A stretch of DNA of 64,000 nucleotides from Minisyncoccota bacterium (GTDB taxonomy: Bacteria > Patescibacteriota > Minisyncoccia > Moranbacterales > UBA1568). The stretch is taken from positions 97,764-161,763 of the forward strand of contig JBPPMJ010000003.1 of assembly GCA_051306005.1 (NCBI GenBank). Reading direction: 5' to 3'. Position 1 is the first letter of the stretch; every line of letters begins with the position of its first letter. Shown here piece after piece: positions 10,080-18,512 of the stretch. A program made the translations under genes and the position numbers. The notes below the pieces were generated by a model. That model was not told the DNA's origin, made no database searches, and worked only from the letters and a program-made list of their open reading frames with translations.

Positions 10080-12167
10080 CTATTCAAAGTGAATGCGTTC
10101 CTCAAATTTTTTGAGAGCTTGTTTCAGCAGTGGATGTTTGGAGAGATCAGGATCCTCGGAGAGGATGAGTTTGGCTTCTTCTCTGGCGATCTGGATGAGC
10201 TTGATATTGGTCAGATTTTCCATGGTAATATCCGGTATACCAGATTGACGTGTACCAAAAAAGGCGCCTGGACCGCGCAAGGCCAAGTCAGCTTCGGCGA
10301 TTTCAAATCCGCTGTTTGTTTTAGCAAGGATACGCAAACGTTCACTAGGGGCCGTGAGTGACACACCGGGCAAGAGGAAACAATAAGACTGATGCTCTCC
10401 TCGTCCGATTCGTCCACGAAATTGGTGTAGTTGTGCCAGTCCAAAACGTTCCGCTTCTTCAATCAGCATACAACTGGCATTGGGAACATCTATACCAACC
10501 TCCACGACAGCCGTTGCGACTAGGATAGCATATTTTTTTTCCTTGAAATCACGCATCATGGCTTCTTTTTCAGATGACTTCATCTTGCCATGGAGTAGAC
10601 CGACAGACCATTGAGGAAATACTTCCTGAGCAAGTCGTTGGTGTTCTGCAATAGCCGATTTGACCTCCGTGAAGACGGATGATTCTTCAACGAGTGGCAA
10701 GATAACAAATACTTGGCGCCCTTTGGCAAGTTCGTTTCGGACAAAGGTGTACACTTTCTCTCTCGCCGTTTCATTGTTGGCAATTTTCGTGATAATTGGT
10801 TTGCGGTTTTTTGGGAGTTCATCGAGTATTGAAATATCTAGATTGCCGAAAAATGCGAGTGTTAAAGTGCGAGGAATAGGGGTGGCTGTCATGGTGAGAA
10901 AGTGTGGTACGGTGTGTATATCTCCATCTTGACTACGCAGAGTCGCCTCTTGAAGTTTGGCGCGTTGAGCAACACCGAAGCGATGTTGTTCATCCACTAC
11001 GATGAGTGCTAAGGCATCAAACATTACATCATTCTGAAGAAGCGCATGTGTGCCGACAATGATTCTTGGAATACCGGCTTGGATGGCTTTGATGAGTGTG
11101 GGACGTTTGACCGGTTTGCCGTCAAGTAGGTGATAGTTTCCGGTAAGCAGAGCGACTTGGTGACCAGTTTTGAACAAAAACATGGAAAGACTTTGAAAAT
11201 GTTGACGTGCCAAAATTTCCGTTGGTGCGAGAATGGCGATCTGATAGCCTTGTTCTGCCGTTGCCCATATTGCCAAAGTGGCAACGATAGTTTTACCGCT
11301 ACCGACATCACCATTCAAGAGACGATTCATGGGTTTGGAGAGGCTGAGATCATGCAAGATTTCCGTACTGGCCCTATGTTGCGCCTGTGTGAGTGCAAAA
11401 GGGAGAGAGGCGATGAAGTGTGCCAGCGCTTTTTGGTTTGTCATGATGCTGGGGCTGTGAGCTATTTCAAATTGTGCTTTAATCTGTAGTGCCTTGAGTT
11501 GTACGAGAAACATTTCGTCAAAAGCAAATCGTTTACGCGCTAGGAGTGCCGACGTCTCATCTTTTGGAAAATGAACCATAGTCAGGGCGCGTTTCAGTGA
11601 AGGGAGGTGAAGGCGTTGAGTTATTTCTGCTGGTAGCGGATCGGGAATATCTGTGATTTTTTGCAAGATAGTGGTCAGTTGCCAGCGGAAAAATTTGGAA
11701 GTCAATCCGGCAGTTTCTTGATAGAGGGGTACCAAACGCCCAGTATGTGTCGCTTGTTTGGAGGAATATTCAAAGGCAGGGTTGGACATTATGGGGCCAT
11801 TGGTATCACGCGTAATTTTACCGCTGACGCGAACAATAGATCCAACCTTGAGTGTTTGTGTTACAAAACGTTGATTGAACCAGATGAGACGGAGTGTTCC
11901 AGTTGCATCTTCAATGGTCGCCTCTGTGAGCAACATTTTTTTGTGCCATGTGCGTCCGGCATTGATTTTTGTGATAGTACCGAGGATGGTACAACGGTCA
12001 CCAAGCGCGAGAGTATTGATAGGATGAATAATGGCATAATCTTCATAGCGCGTCGGCAAATGCGCCAGCATATCGCGCACGCTAAAAATACCGAGGCGCT
12101 CTAACTTACTAAGCGTTGGTTTCTTGATGGTGGATACGGCTGAAAGGGGAGTGTCGTATGTCAACAT
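10080..12167 (-). CDS. recG: ATP-dependent DNA helicase RecG
   Basis: Wedge/OB N-terminal region, Walker A GDVGSGKT, DEQHRFG motif, helicase C-terminal motifs. Confidence 0.9.
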   Translation of the reverse strand: MLTYDTPLSAVSTIKKPTLSKLERLGIFSVRDMLAHLPTRYEDYAIIHPINTLALGDRCTILGTITKINAGRTWHKKMLLTEATIEDATGTLRLIWFNQRFVTQTLKVGSIVRVSGKITRDTNGPIMSNPAFEYSSKQATHTGRLVPLYQETAGLTSKFFRWQLTTILQKITDIPDPLPAEITQRLHLPSLKRALTMVHFPKDETSALLARKRFAFDEMFLVQLKALQIKAQFEIAHSPSIMTNQKALAHFIASLPFALTQAQHRASTEILHDLSLSKPMNRLLNGDVGSGKTIVATLAIWATAEQGYQIAILAPTEILARQHFQSLSMFLFKTGHQVALLTGNYHLLDGKPVKRPTLIKAIQAGIPRIIVGTHALLQNDVMFDALALIVVDEQHRFGVAQRAKLQEATLRSQDGDIHTVPHFLTMTATPIPRTLTLAFFGNLDISILDELPKNRKPIITKIANNETAREKVYTFVRNELAKGRQVFVILPLVEESSVFTEVKSAIAEHQRLAQEVFPQWSVGLLHGKMKSSEKEAMMRDFKEKKYAILVATAVVEVGIDVPNASCMLIEEAERFGLAQLHQFRGRIGRGEHQSYCFLLPGVSLTAPSERLRILAKTNSGFEIAEADLALRGPGAFFGTRQSGIPDITMENLTNIKLIQIAREEAKLILSEDPDLSKHPLLKQALKKFEERIHFE

Positions 12168-12211
12168 ATGTATTCAGTATATCACTTTCTTGTCATAAAA
12201 AAGTGATTCGA

Positions 12212-12245
12212 TAAAAAACTCCCCAAGTCATATGAACTGAGGGAG
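12212..12245 (-). terminator. Rho-independent terminator downstream of small paralog gene A
   Basis: Minus-strand hairpin CTCCCTCAGTTCATATGACTTGGGGAG followed by TTTTTT. Confidence 0.5.
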
Positions 12246-12293
12246 CGTTTTGAAGAGATGAGATACCGATGTTTTATATCATCTTTACATGTT

Positions 12294-12626
12294 TCATAGA
12301 GCATCTTGTCGGGAAAAATGGAGAACGCGACATCGTGGAAAAATAACGACATTGCTATTGATAATTGGACGACGAGGTTGTTGTAAGAGCTCTCTGATGA
12401 GCTTGAGATTGTAATCATGCAAGAAATACGCGGGATACCTCAAGTGTATTTTTACCTCTGTTTTGAGCCAATTTTCAATTGAAATGCACGAATGATCAGC
12501 AAAAAACATCCGCATGTAGGCTTTTTCTTCCGGTGTGAGGCTGGCAGAGAGAGTGAAAATAAAGCAAGTTTCTTGAACATTCCAATGAACAGCAGAAACT
12601 TTGTTTTGAAACCTGATGATATCCAT
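12294..12626 (-). CDS. Small hypothetical protein, paralog A of a tandem pair
   Basis: MDIIRFQNKVSAVHWNV...LTPEEKAYMRMFFADH... aligns with MNILTLQNKVQKIYWVY...LTEEEQTYLHTCADDN... of the neighbouring gene at roughly 30-35% identity by eye. Confidence 0.5.
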   Translation of the reverse strand: MDIIRFQNKVSAVHWNVQETCFIFTLSASLTPEEKAYMRMFFADHSCISIENWLKTEVKIHLRYPAYFLHDYNLKLIRELLQQPRRPIINSNVVIFPRCRVLHFSRQDAL

Positions 12627-12752
12627 TGTTTTCTCCTTGTGTATCACATGATACATTTTGTATGATACGATAACATTGACAAGGTGCCTATCATATTGTA
12701 AAAAAACTGATTTTTATTATACACCAATATTCTCAAAAAGTCAATATATTAT

Positions 12753-12787
12753 AAAAAAAACTCCCGAAGTCACGTTGGACCTGGGAG
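12753..12787 (-). terminator. Rho-independent terminator downstream of small paralog gene B
   Basis: Minus-strand hairpin CTCCCAGGTCCAACGTGACTTCGGGAG followed by TTTTTTTT. Same architecture as the terminator at 12212-12245. Confidence 0.5.
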
Positions 12788-12807
12788 TGGTAGAGTTTAT
12801 TATTCTT

Positions 12808-13140
12808 TTATTGGTATGTGTCTCGCTTTGGTGAGCGAGACTGTGAATGAGGACGTATTGATACAATGTTGCTGTCGCAAATGTCATACTCTCTCCCCAA
12901 TATTTTTTGAACAATCGCTTTTTGATAGCGTGGCAAATATGATGTCTGGCTGAGGAGATGGACACGCGCCTCTGTATTGTGCGCATAGTGTATGAAAATA
13001 TGCGGGTTGTCATCAGCACAAGTGTGCAGATACGTCTGTTCTTCCTCAGTCAAGTCCGCGGATAATTTTAGCGCCAAAAATGATCTTGGATAGACCCAGT
13101 AAATTTTCTGCACTTTGTTTTGCAATGTGAGAATGTTCAT
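12808..13140 (-). CDS. Small hypothetical protein, paralog B of a tandem pair
   Basis: See paralog A. The two genes are arranged head-to-tail on the minus strand, each with its own terminator. Confidence 0.5.
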   Translation of the reverse strand: MNILTLQNKVQKIYWVYPRSFLALKLSADLTEEEQTYLHTCADDNPHIFIHYAHNTEARVHLLSQTSYLPRYQKAIVQKILGREYDICDSNIVSIRPHSQSRSPKRDTYQ

Positions 13141-13332
13141 GGTCAGCTCCTTGTAATGAAGTGATTCTTACGATGTCAGACCAATAAAATGATTGTTAAG
13201 GTGTTCTTGATGCTAGTAGACTCCATAATGCAATAAAAGTCAAGGAATTGTTTGATTGACGTTTGGTGAGAAGTGTTTTTGATTGTATACTATGAAGAGT
13301 GAGTTTTTTTTGATTTGATAATTTTTCAGAAT

Positions 13333-14187
13333 ATGTCCGAATCACACTCTCCCGTTTGCTATTTCAATGGCACCTTTTTACCACTCAACCAGATACGATT
13401 GCACCCGTATGATCTGGGATTTTTGCGTGGTTATTCGGTGTTTGACGTGATGCCTGTTATTAATGGGAAACCATTTCTGTTTACGGAACATTGGCAACGT
13501 TTGGCACATTCGGCGGACATGTTGTCACTTGCGTTACCAGTCAATGCGACACAGTGCTTTGACATTATGAAAGACCTGATTCGACGGAATGCGGATTTAC
13601 CATGTCAGGCCATGACTTTACGTACAGTATTATCTGGTGGGATTGCAGAAGACGCTTATTCCGCTGTGGCCGGCGATGAAACATTTGTGATTTTGGTGGA
13701 AGCGTTGCATCCGTTGATGGACAACGTTTATACTACGGGTGTAAAATTGCGTCCATTGGAATATGCACGGCAATTTCCTTTGGCCAAGACTGTCAATCAT
13801 ATTGCCTCATTGCGTACTTTGCAAGAAACTCGAGCGATGGGGGCTTTGGAGACCGTTTACGTTCAAAATGGCCTGGTATTGGAAGCATCAACCAGTAACG
13901 TTGCTATCATACACGCAGGAAGCGTTATTGCGCCGAAAGAAGGAGTGTTGGGCGGTGTAACCCTTGGGAAAGTACTGGAACTTGCCAATGAAATGGACAT
14001 ACCGATAGAACGTCGCCCGATGACGTTAGCAGAGACGTTGTCAGCAGACGAAGTGTTTCTGACTGCCAGTAGTAAACGCGTGGTACCCGTCACCTCTATT
14101 GGTGATCATGTCATTGCCAATGGACTTCCCGGACCGATCACACAACGTCTCATGACCGCATTGAATACTTTTATACAACGCTATTGA
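13333..14187 (+). CDS. Class IV PLP-dependent aminotransferase (branched-chain amino acid or D-amino acid aminotransferase family)
   Basis: N-terminal ...YFNGTFLPLNQIRLHPYDLGFLRGYSVFDVMPV... and overall length and pattern match the IlvE/Dat/PabC fold-type IV. Start at MSESHSP; 13315 also possible. Confidence 0.8.
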   Translation: MSESHSPVCYFNGTFLPLNQIRLHPYDLGFLRGYSVFDVMPVINGKPFLFTEHWQRLAHSADMLSLALPVNATQCFDIMKDLIRRNADLPCQAMTLRTVLSGGIAEDAYSAVAGDETFVILVEALHPLMDNVYTTGVKLRPLEYARQFPLAKTVNHIASLRTLQETRAMGALETVYVQNGLVLEASTSNVAIIHAGSVIAPKEGVLGGVTLGKVLELANEMDIPIERRPMTLAETLSADEVFLTASSKRVVPVTSIGDHVIANGLPGPITQRLMTALNTFIQRY

Positions 14188-14539
14188 TGCGAAACATCAA
14201 GGGATATTATCTTGGAGCAACCAGAAGAACAAAAAGAACATTCTTCTCAATTTGTGAAACAATTTCCTCGAGAAAGCTTTTCAAGAGAACGTGATTCAGT
14301 GGCTACTGCAATTCGTAAAAGACGGCGTGAATGATGTATGGTGTGCCGAACAAGATTCGCGCAATGCATAAAAATAAGTTTGATTATAGCATGGCAAGCA
14401 GTAATGCACCTGCCGACTCTTCCACGGTACACCTTGTTTTTGAATATGTAATGGATAGTACGTACGGCTCTGAACGAAGAAACGAGATCTTTGCCGTTCA
14501 GTTCGTTGATGGTGTCTTTATTGTACCAAGTTAGAACCT

Positions 14540-14930
14540 ATTTCCAAAACAAATGATGTCGCGCACGCGGAGCGCATGGCGGCTCTGACCAAAATCGTAC
14601 GCTCGGAGAAAGTCCCACGCATTGGCGAGTACGCCAGCAACCCCGAAAGAAAAAACACTCCTTGCATTTCTGATTTGGCGGGGGTGAAATTTCTTTTGAA
14701 AAAGGAAAGGATGTTTTTCTTTCGGGGTTCTGCCTGTAAAGATATTCGGGCAGTGCGTGGGGCTTCAATGCGGACTCGGCAAAGCGAAACTATTTTTGCG
14801 GAAGGAAAAGGATTTTGCTTTGCCTCGGCTCTTTTTTGCGAGGATTTGGTATCCGCCGCGCAGGAGGGGTCTGGGGAGGAATGCGGGCGGGTTTCCTTTC
14901 AGTTTTTTTTAATGTTTTCTATGTGAAATA
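14540..14930. repeat. Mosaic intergenic repeat element, copy A (full-length, ~390 bp)
   Basis: Four modules. (1) 14565-14660 is shared with 48990-49200. (2) A long hairpin GCAACCCCGAAAGAAAAA...TTTTTCTTTCGGGGTTCTGC. (3) A core GGATTTTGCTTTGCCTCGGCTCTTTTTTGCGAGGATTTGGTATCCGCCGCGCAGGAGG... shared with 18040-18200 in reverse complement. (4) A tail TTTTTTAATGTTTTCTATGTGAAATAAAAA shared in reverse complement with 16716-16745. Confidence 0.6.
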
Positions 14931-14969
14931 AAAAAAGTCTCTCATGCATAACACATGAGAGACCATTGA

Positions 14970-15563
14970 TTACAACTTGATTTCGTTCGTCGTGACCACA
15001 GAACCAATCTTCGAGAAAAATCGAAGAGACTTTTCATGATCCTCGATTGTGGCCGCAGCACAAGCATCTGACACTACTGTGACTATAAAGTCACGGTCAT
15101 GGGCATCTCGAGCCGCCGCCTCAACTGCAAGATCGGTTGCGACTCCTGCAATGAAGACGTGGGATACGCCCATATTACGCAACATAGTTGCAAGAGGAGT
15201 ATCATAGAATGCACTTACCCGTGATTTCTGAATAGTTAAATCAGAATCAATGTAGTTGACTGAAGAGTGGAATTGAGTTGACCACTCACCAATCTTGAGG
15301 ATACCGAAATCTTTCGCTTTTCCAAAAACAGGCGATGATTTTGGTTGATTGGCGTATGAATGGTCGAATCCAAGTCGGACGAAAACAACTGGACATCCCT
15401 TTTCTCTAAAGATGCCAATCGCTTTGTTGAGGTGGTCAAAGGTAGCGGCTTTTTCAATGAATGCCACATATCCTTTCCCTGCGAGTTTTCCTTTTTGGTC
15501 AACGATTTCGTTGACGAAATCGATGACAAGAAGTGCGCTGTTCATGTTTTTTATCTCCTTCAT
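14970..15563 (-). CDS. Isochorismatase-family cysteine hydrolase (nicotinamidase/YcaC-like)
   Basis: ALLVIDFVNE..., the conserved Lys region, and VTVVSDACAA containing the catalytic Cys are typical of isochorismatase-like hydrolases. Confidence 0.8.
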   Translation of the reverse strand: MKEIKNMNSALLVIDFVNEIVDQKGKLAGKGYVAFIEKAATFDHLNKAIGIFREKGCPVVFVRLGFDHSYANQPKSSPVFGKAKDFGILKIGEWSTQFHSSVNYIDSDLTIQKSRVSAFYDTPLATMLRNMGVSHVFIAGVATDLAVEAAARDAHDRDFIVTVVSDACAAATIEDHEKSLRFFSKIGSVVTTNEIKL

Positions 15564-16531
15564 GGTTTGTTGTTGAGGCACGTAATCGGACGTGCCTGTA
15601 TGATGATTATATCACAACCAGACACAATAAGCTCTATGTCTTGCGGTGATCCGAAATGTTCCTCTATATCCATACCGAGACGAACTATTTTTTGAATTAG
15701 TTCGTTTGATGTAGCATAGCGAACCCTTTCATTCTGTTGTACTTCCACTTCCACTTTGTTTGTGCGAGTGAAATCCTCAAGTGGTACATACGAAATATGC
15801 CATTTTTTTGATCCAAGTTCTGAAGAAATGACCCTGCCTGATTTTCGATCACATAAGTACATGTCTCCTTGAACTTGTCCTGAGACAATGGCTTCGCATG
15901 CCCCATATGCAATTTCCATGCCAAGTATGACATCCGAGTTTTCAATGGGATCTCGGGTCATAACCACACCGCACGAATCTGCTCGACACATTTCTTGAAC
16001 GAGCACACTCATGCGACTTTGTAGATACGAGTGGTCATTCTTTACATCAAACTGCGCAAGACATCGCTCACTAAAGAGTGATGCAAAGCAATGAAGAATT
16101 GCTTCAGGAACCTTGTGATAAGGAACCATTAGAAACGATTCATATTGACCCGCAAGCGAAGCTTCTTTTGAATCTTCGATCAGCATTGTACCTTTTATGA
16201 CTGGGGCACCAGAAGAACGAATGGCGAAAAATTCTGCACTTGGAATATGTAAACCAAGAGCAGAAAAGATTTCATCTTCGTTTTCCAATGTTCGTCGAAC
16301 AATTTCCTCGCTCATACGTGAAGAAATTTCACTGTATGATTTTCCCTCTGAAAGGATTACGCCAAACAAAGGTAGCAATGACTCAATATGCTGTTTATAA
16401 ACAGCATATGTTATGCCAAAACCGCGAGGTGTACGGAGGTTAAGTTCTGCGAGACTCGCAAGACTTTTTACTTTGTTTCCGAGTTCGGGAGAACCTGTTG
16501 CAAGGTCTCCCATTGGGAATATGTGACTCAT
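15560..16531 (-). CDS. PEP/pyruvate-binding (ATP-grasp, PPDK_N-like) domain protein
   Basis: GNKVKSLASLAEL resembles the GGKxANLxEL motif of the N-terminal nucleotide-binding domain of PEP synthase, pyruvate phosphate dikinase and rifampin phosphotransferase. About 320 aa, the typical domain size. There is no downstream TIM-barrel domain. Confidence 0.6.
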   Translation of the reverse strand: MSHIFPMGDLATGSPELGNKVKSLASLAELNLRTPRGFGITYAVYKQHIESLLPLFGVILSEGKSYSEISSRMSEEIVRRTLENEDEIFSALGLHIPSAEFFAIRSSGAPVIKGTMLIEDSKEASLAGQYESFLMVPYHKVPEAILHCFASLFSERCLAQFDVKNDHSYLQSRMSVLVQEMCRADSCGVVMTRDPIENSDVILGMEIAYGACEAIVSGQVQGDMYLCDRKSGRVISSELGSKKWHISYVPLEDFTRTNKVEVEVQQNERVRYATSNELIQKIVRLGMDIEEHFGSPQDIELIVSGCDIIIIQARPITCLNNKP

Positions 16532-16707
16532 GATTGGTGTTCCTCCTTTTCTGTACCGTGCGGAATGATGCTGATTGACTTTGCCGATGTATCCACAACG
16601 AGAATATCGTCATCTTTCACTTCGAACATAATCCTTTCAACACCAACCATGCACGGTATATTGTTTTCACGTGAGAAAATGGCTGCATGTGAATAGTAAC
16701 CGCCCAA
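16528..16707 (-). CDS. PEP-utilising enzyme mobile (phospho-His) domain fragment, possibly a truncated gene
   Basis: Translation NLGGYYSHAAIFSRENNIPCMVGVERI... matches the GGxxSHAAIxAREfGIPcVVG signature around the catalytic His. No ATG; TTG is the only in-frame start candidate. Its stop TGA overlaps the ATG of the PPDK_N gene (ATGA). The upstream side abuts a repeat-element fragment. Confidence 0.4.
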   Translation of the reverse strand: MGGYYSHAAIFSRENNIPCMVGVERIMFEVKDDDILVVDTSAKSISIIPHGTEKEEHQS

Positions 16708-16711
16708 ATTC

Positions 16712-16765
16712 TTTTATTTTTATTTCACATAGAAAACATTAAAAAATTTGGCGGCTAGGCTTGAT
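16712..16765. repeat. Repeat-family fragment (tail module plus GGCGGCTAGGC module)
   Basis: TTTATTTCACATAGAAAACATTAAAAAA is the reverse complement of 14897-14927. TTTGGCGGCTAGGCT matches the reverse complement of 18049-18063. Confidence 0.55.
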
Positions 16766-16841
16766 TAAACCTTAAATTAATACTAGAGTGGTAATCAGTC
16801 GAAGATGTTCTTTGACAACCTAAAACAGCAAAGAGATAAAC

Positions 16842-17051
16842 ATGGCGGATCAAAACACAACTCAACACTCTCTCAAAAAAGACAAGTATGTGAGTACCCG
16901 CGGTGGTAATTCACATTTTCTTGATCTTTTTTGTAGCAAGTGCAACCAGCTTTTGCCCTCTACCAAAAAGACGGGCATGGCTGGTTGCTTCGGATGTACC
17001 TCGATCGAATCTTTGCGCCACAAGAGCTCGCGCTTTTGCAGTCAAAGGTAA
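16842..17051 (+). CDS. Small zinc-ribbon protein (two CxxC pairs, CSKC...CFGC)
   Basis: 69 aa ORF with ATG start and two CxxC motifs 14 residues apart. Confidence 0.35.
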   Translation: MADQNTTQHSLKKDKYVSTRGGNSHFLDLFCSKCNQLLPSTKKTGMAGCFGCTSIESLRHKSSRFCSQR

Positions 17052-17065
17052 GTAGTAAAGCCGAT

Positions 17066-17374
17066 ATGCCGAATCTCAAATGTCCGAAATGCGGCGCACT
17101 CATCGGCACACCGATGGTCTACGAAAAAGAGTCGTCTATGAAAAATGGTGTCAATTTCAGGACAAGTGTTTTTCAATTTCGTCCCTATCATGGCACCGAG
17201 CTGTACCACGATATGATCCTGAAAGGAAGGATTATTGATGAGGTTGTGTACAGCGAGAATTTGTCAACAAACATAGGGAGAAAGCAGTTTAACTTCACGA
17301 GTGGTAATTTCTCCGAAGTATCTGATGAGATTCTTCGTGGATTCATTACCAAAACTAATGGAATAAACCGATGA
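17066..17374 (+). CDS. Hypothetical protein with an N-terminal CxxC (KCPKCG)
   Basis: ORF in the other frame. The track calls a GTG start at 16940, overlapping the previous gene by ~110 nt. The first ATG gives a non-overlapping 102 aa protein. Confidence 0.35.
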   Translation: MPNLKCPKCGALIGTPMVYEKESSMKNGVNFRTSVFQFRPYHGTELYHDMILKGRIIDEVVYSENLSTNIGRKQFNFTSGNFSEVSDEILRGFITKTNGINR

Positions 17375-17904
17375 AAAACACAAATGTAATGTGGGGCGGT
17401 CTTTCTGCGAAAAAGGCAAATGATGCGGAGAATCTTGCACCTCTCCACATAGACACAAATACCGGTAAGTTGGTAGCAGAAATTGAGGCGCAGTGCCGCC
17501 ATATCAACTTTTACAAAACAAACCTTGTAAAGTTTCCGCCATTGGATTCCAAGGGGAAGTTGAGATATCCGACACTTAAAGAGTGCGCATTGTGTTATCC
17601 CGAGTTGCAGGTTGAGCTTCAGTTAGTTAATCCTCGTGTTGTCCTATTGCTTGGCAACAAAACGGCAACCTTCGTTTTCCACCAGCTTGGGTTTCAGATG
17701 CCAAAATTATCTTATACATACCAATCCTTTGAGTATGAAAAAAGGTGGTATGTGCCCATCCATCACCCGTCGTACATCATGGTGTACAAGCGAAAGGAGA
17801 AGGATCGATATATCAAGGCAGTGAAAACTGTTATTGAACAACTTGCGGAGTGCACGCCAAGAATTGGAGACGCTAGAATCTTCCAGACAGATCGGAATCT
17901 ATGA
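17371..17904 (+). CDS. Uracil-DNA glycosylase superfamily protein (family 4/5-like)
   Basis: UDG-fold pattern: ...ECALCYPEL..., VVLLLGNKTA (motif preceding the glycosylase core) and a C-terminal HPSYIMVYKRKEK (HPS motif). Confidence 0.55.
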   Translation: MKNTNVMWGGLSAKKANDAENLAPLHIDTNTGKLVAEIEAQCRHINFYKTNLVKFPPLDSKGKLRYPTLKECALCYPELQVELQLVNPRVVLLLGNKTATFVFHQLGFQMPKLSYTYQSFEYEKRWYVPIHHPSYIMVYKRKEKDRYIKAVKTVIEQLAECTPRIGDARIFQTDRNL

Positions 17905-18039
17905 TTTCGAGATTGTCTCGGAAGAAAATCAGGTGTCGAAAATCGCTCAGATGATCTACGCCAGTTATCTCCAACAGCTCTTTCCACAACAGCCATAACC
18001 TCGCAGCTTCATTTCAGAAATCTCTGAATGGACTGCGAG

Positions 18040-18200
18040 GTTTCTTTTTTATAGCCTAGCCGCCAAAAATCCGCCGCGCATTCCTCCCGTACCCTCCTGC
18101 GCGGCGGATACCAAATCCTCGCAAAAAAGAGCCGAGGCAAAGTAAATCCTTTTTCTCAAACCTGCTTCTTGGCGAAAAACAGGTGTGCGCAAGCGCGCCC
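18040..18200. repeat. Mosaic intergenic repeat element, copy B (core module, inverted relative to copy A)
   Basis: The reverse complement contains GGATTTACTTTGCCTCGGCTCTTTTTTGCGAGGATTTGGTATCCGCCGCGCAGGAGG..GGAGGAATGCGCGGCGG, nearly identical to 14800-14885. Confidence 0.6.
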
Positions 18201-18237
18201 CACTATTTGGCTTTGAAAAAGCCGTTGAGTTCGTTGA

Positions 18238-18312
18238 TGGTGCTCTCAGCAGGAATCGAACCTGCATTGCTTCCTTCGGAGGGAAATGTCCTATCCATTG
18301 AACGATGAGAGC
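18238..18312 (-). tRNA. tRNA-Arg (anticodon CCG), CCA encoded
   Basis: Reverse complement GCTCTCATCGTTCAATGGATAGGACATTTCCCTCCGAAGGAAGCAATGCAGGTTCGATTCCTGCTGAGAGCACCA. Anticodon loop CTCCGAA. Confidence 0.8.
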
Positions 18313-18419
18313 AAATATAAAAATATTGCCTTTGCCTGAGTATTGATTGGATATGTTGAACCTGAAAATAAACGTTGATTTGCCCGCAGTCAGAAAATCG
18401 ACCGTGAGTGAAAAAAAGA

Positions 18420-18495
18420 TGGTGTCCTCGGCAGGAATCGAACCTGCGACCTTCTGGACCGCAACCAGACGCTCTATCCACTGAGCTACGGGGAC
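18420..18495 (-). tRNA. tRNA-Arg (anticodon reads GCG in DNA; ACG is the usual bacterial isoacceptor), CCA encoded
   Basis: Reverse complement GTCCCCGTAGCTCAGTGGATAGAGCGTCTGGTTGCGGTCCAGAAGGTCGCAGGTTCGATTCCTGCCGAGGACACCA. Anticodon loop TTGCGGT. One acceptor-stem mismatch. Confidence 0.65.
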
Positions 18496-18512
18496 CTCTT
18501 GTTGAGCATTTT

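Noticed and set aside
10077-11489. Plus-strand ORFs (10077-10361, 10660-10932, 11130-11489) within recG
   Set aside because: Antisense to recG, with no motifs.
14576-14926. 116 aa ORF inside repeat copy A. Likewise 18049-18267 (-) inside repeat copy B, and the ORFs at 48966-49347 inside repeat copy C.
   Set aside because: Their shared peptides (for example ASALFCEDLVSAAQEG) come from the same repeated DNA module read in one frame. They occur in both orientations and are interrupted differently in each copy, so they are non-coding repeats rather than a gene family.
15560-16707. Calling the PPDK_N plus His-domain pair a PEP synthase or pyruvate phosphate dikinase
   Set aside because: Only two of the three required domains are present. 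They are in permuted order and split. The His-domain ORF lacks an ATG. Annotated as domain proteins instead.
16842-17374. Programmed or accidental frameshift joining the two small Cys-motif ORFs into one protein
   Set aside because: An internal ATG at 17066 yields two clean non-overlapping genes, so a frameshift is not needed. Kept only as an open question in the findings.
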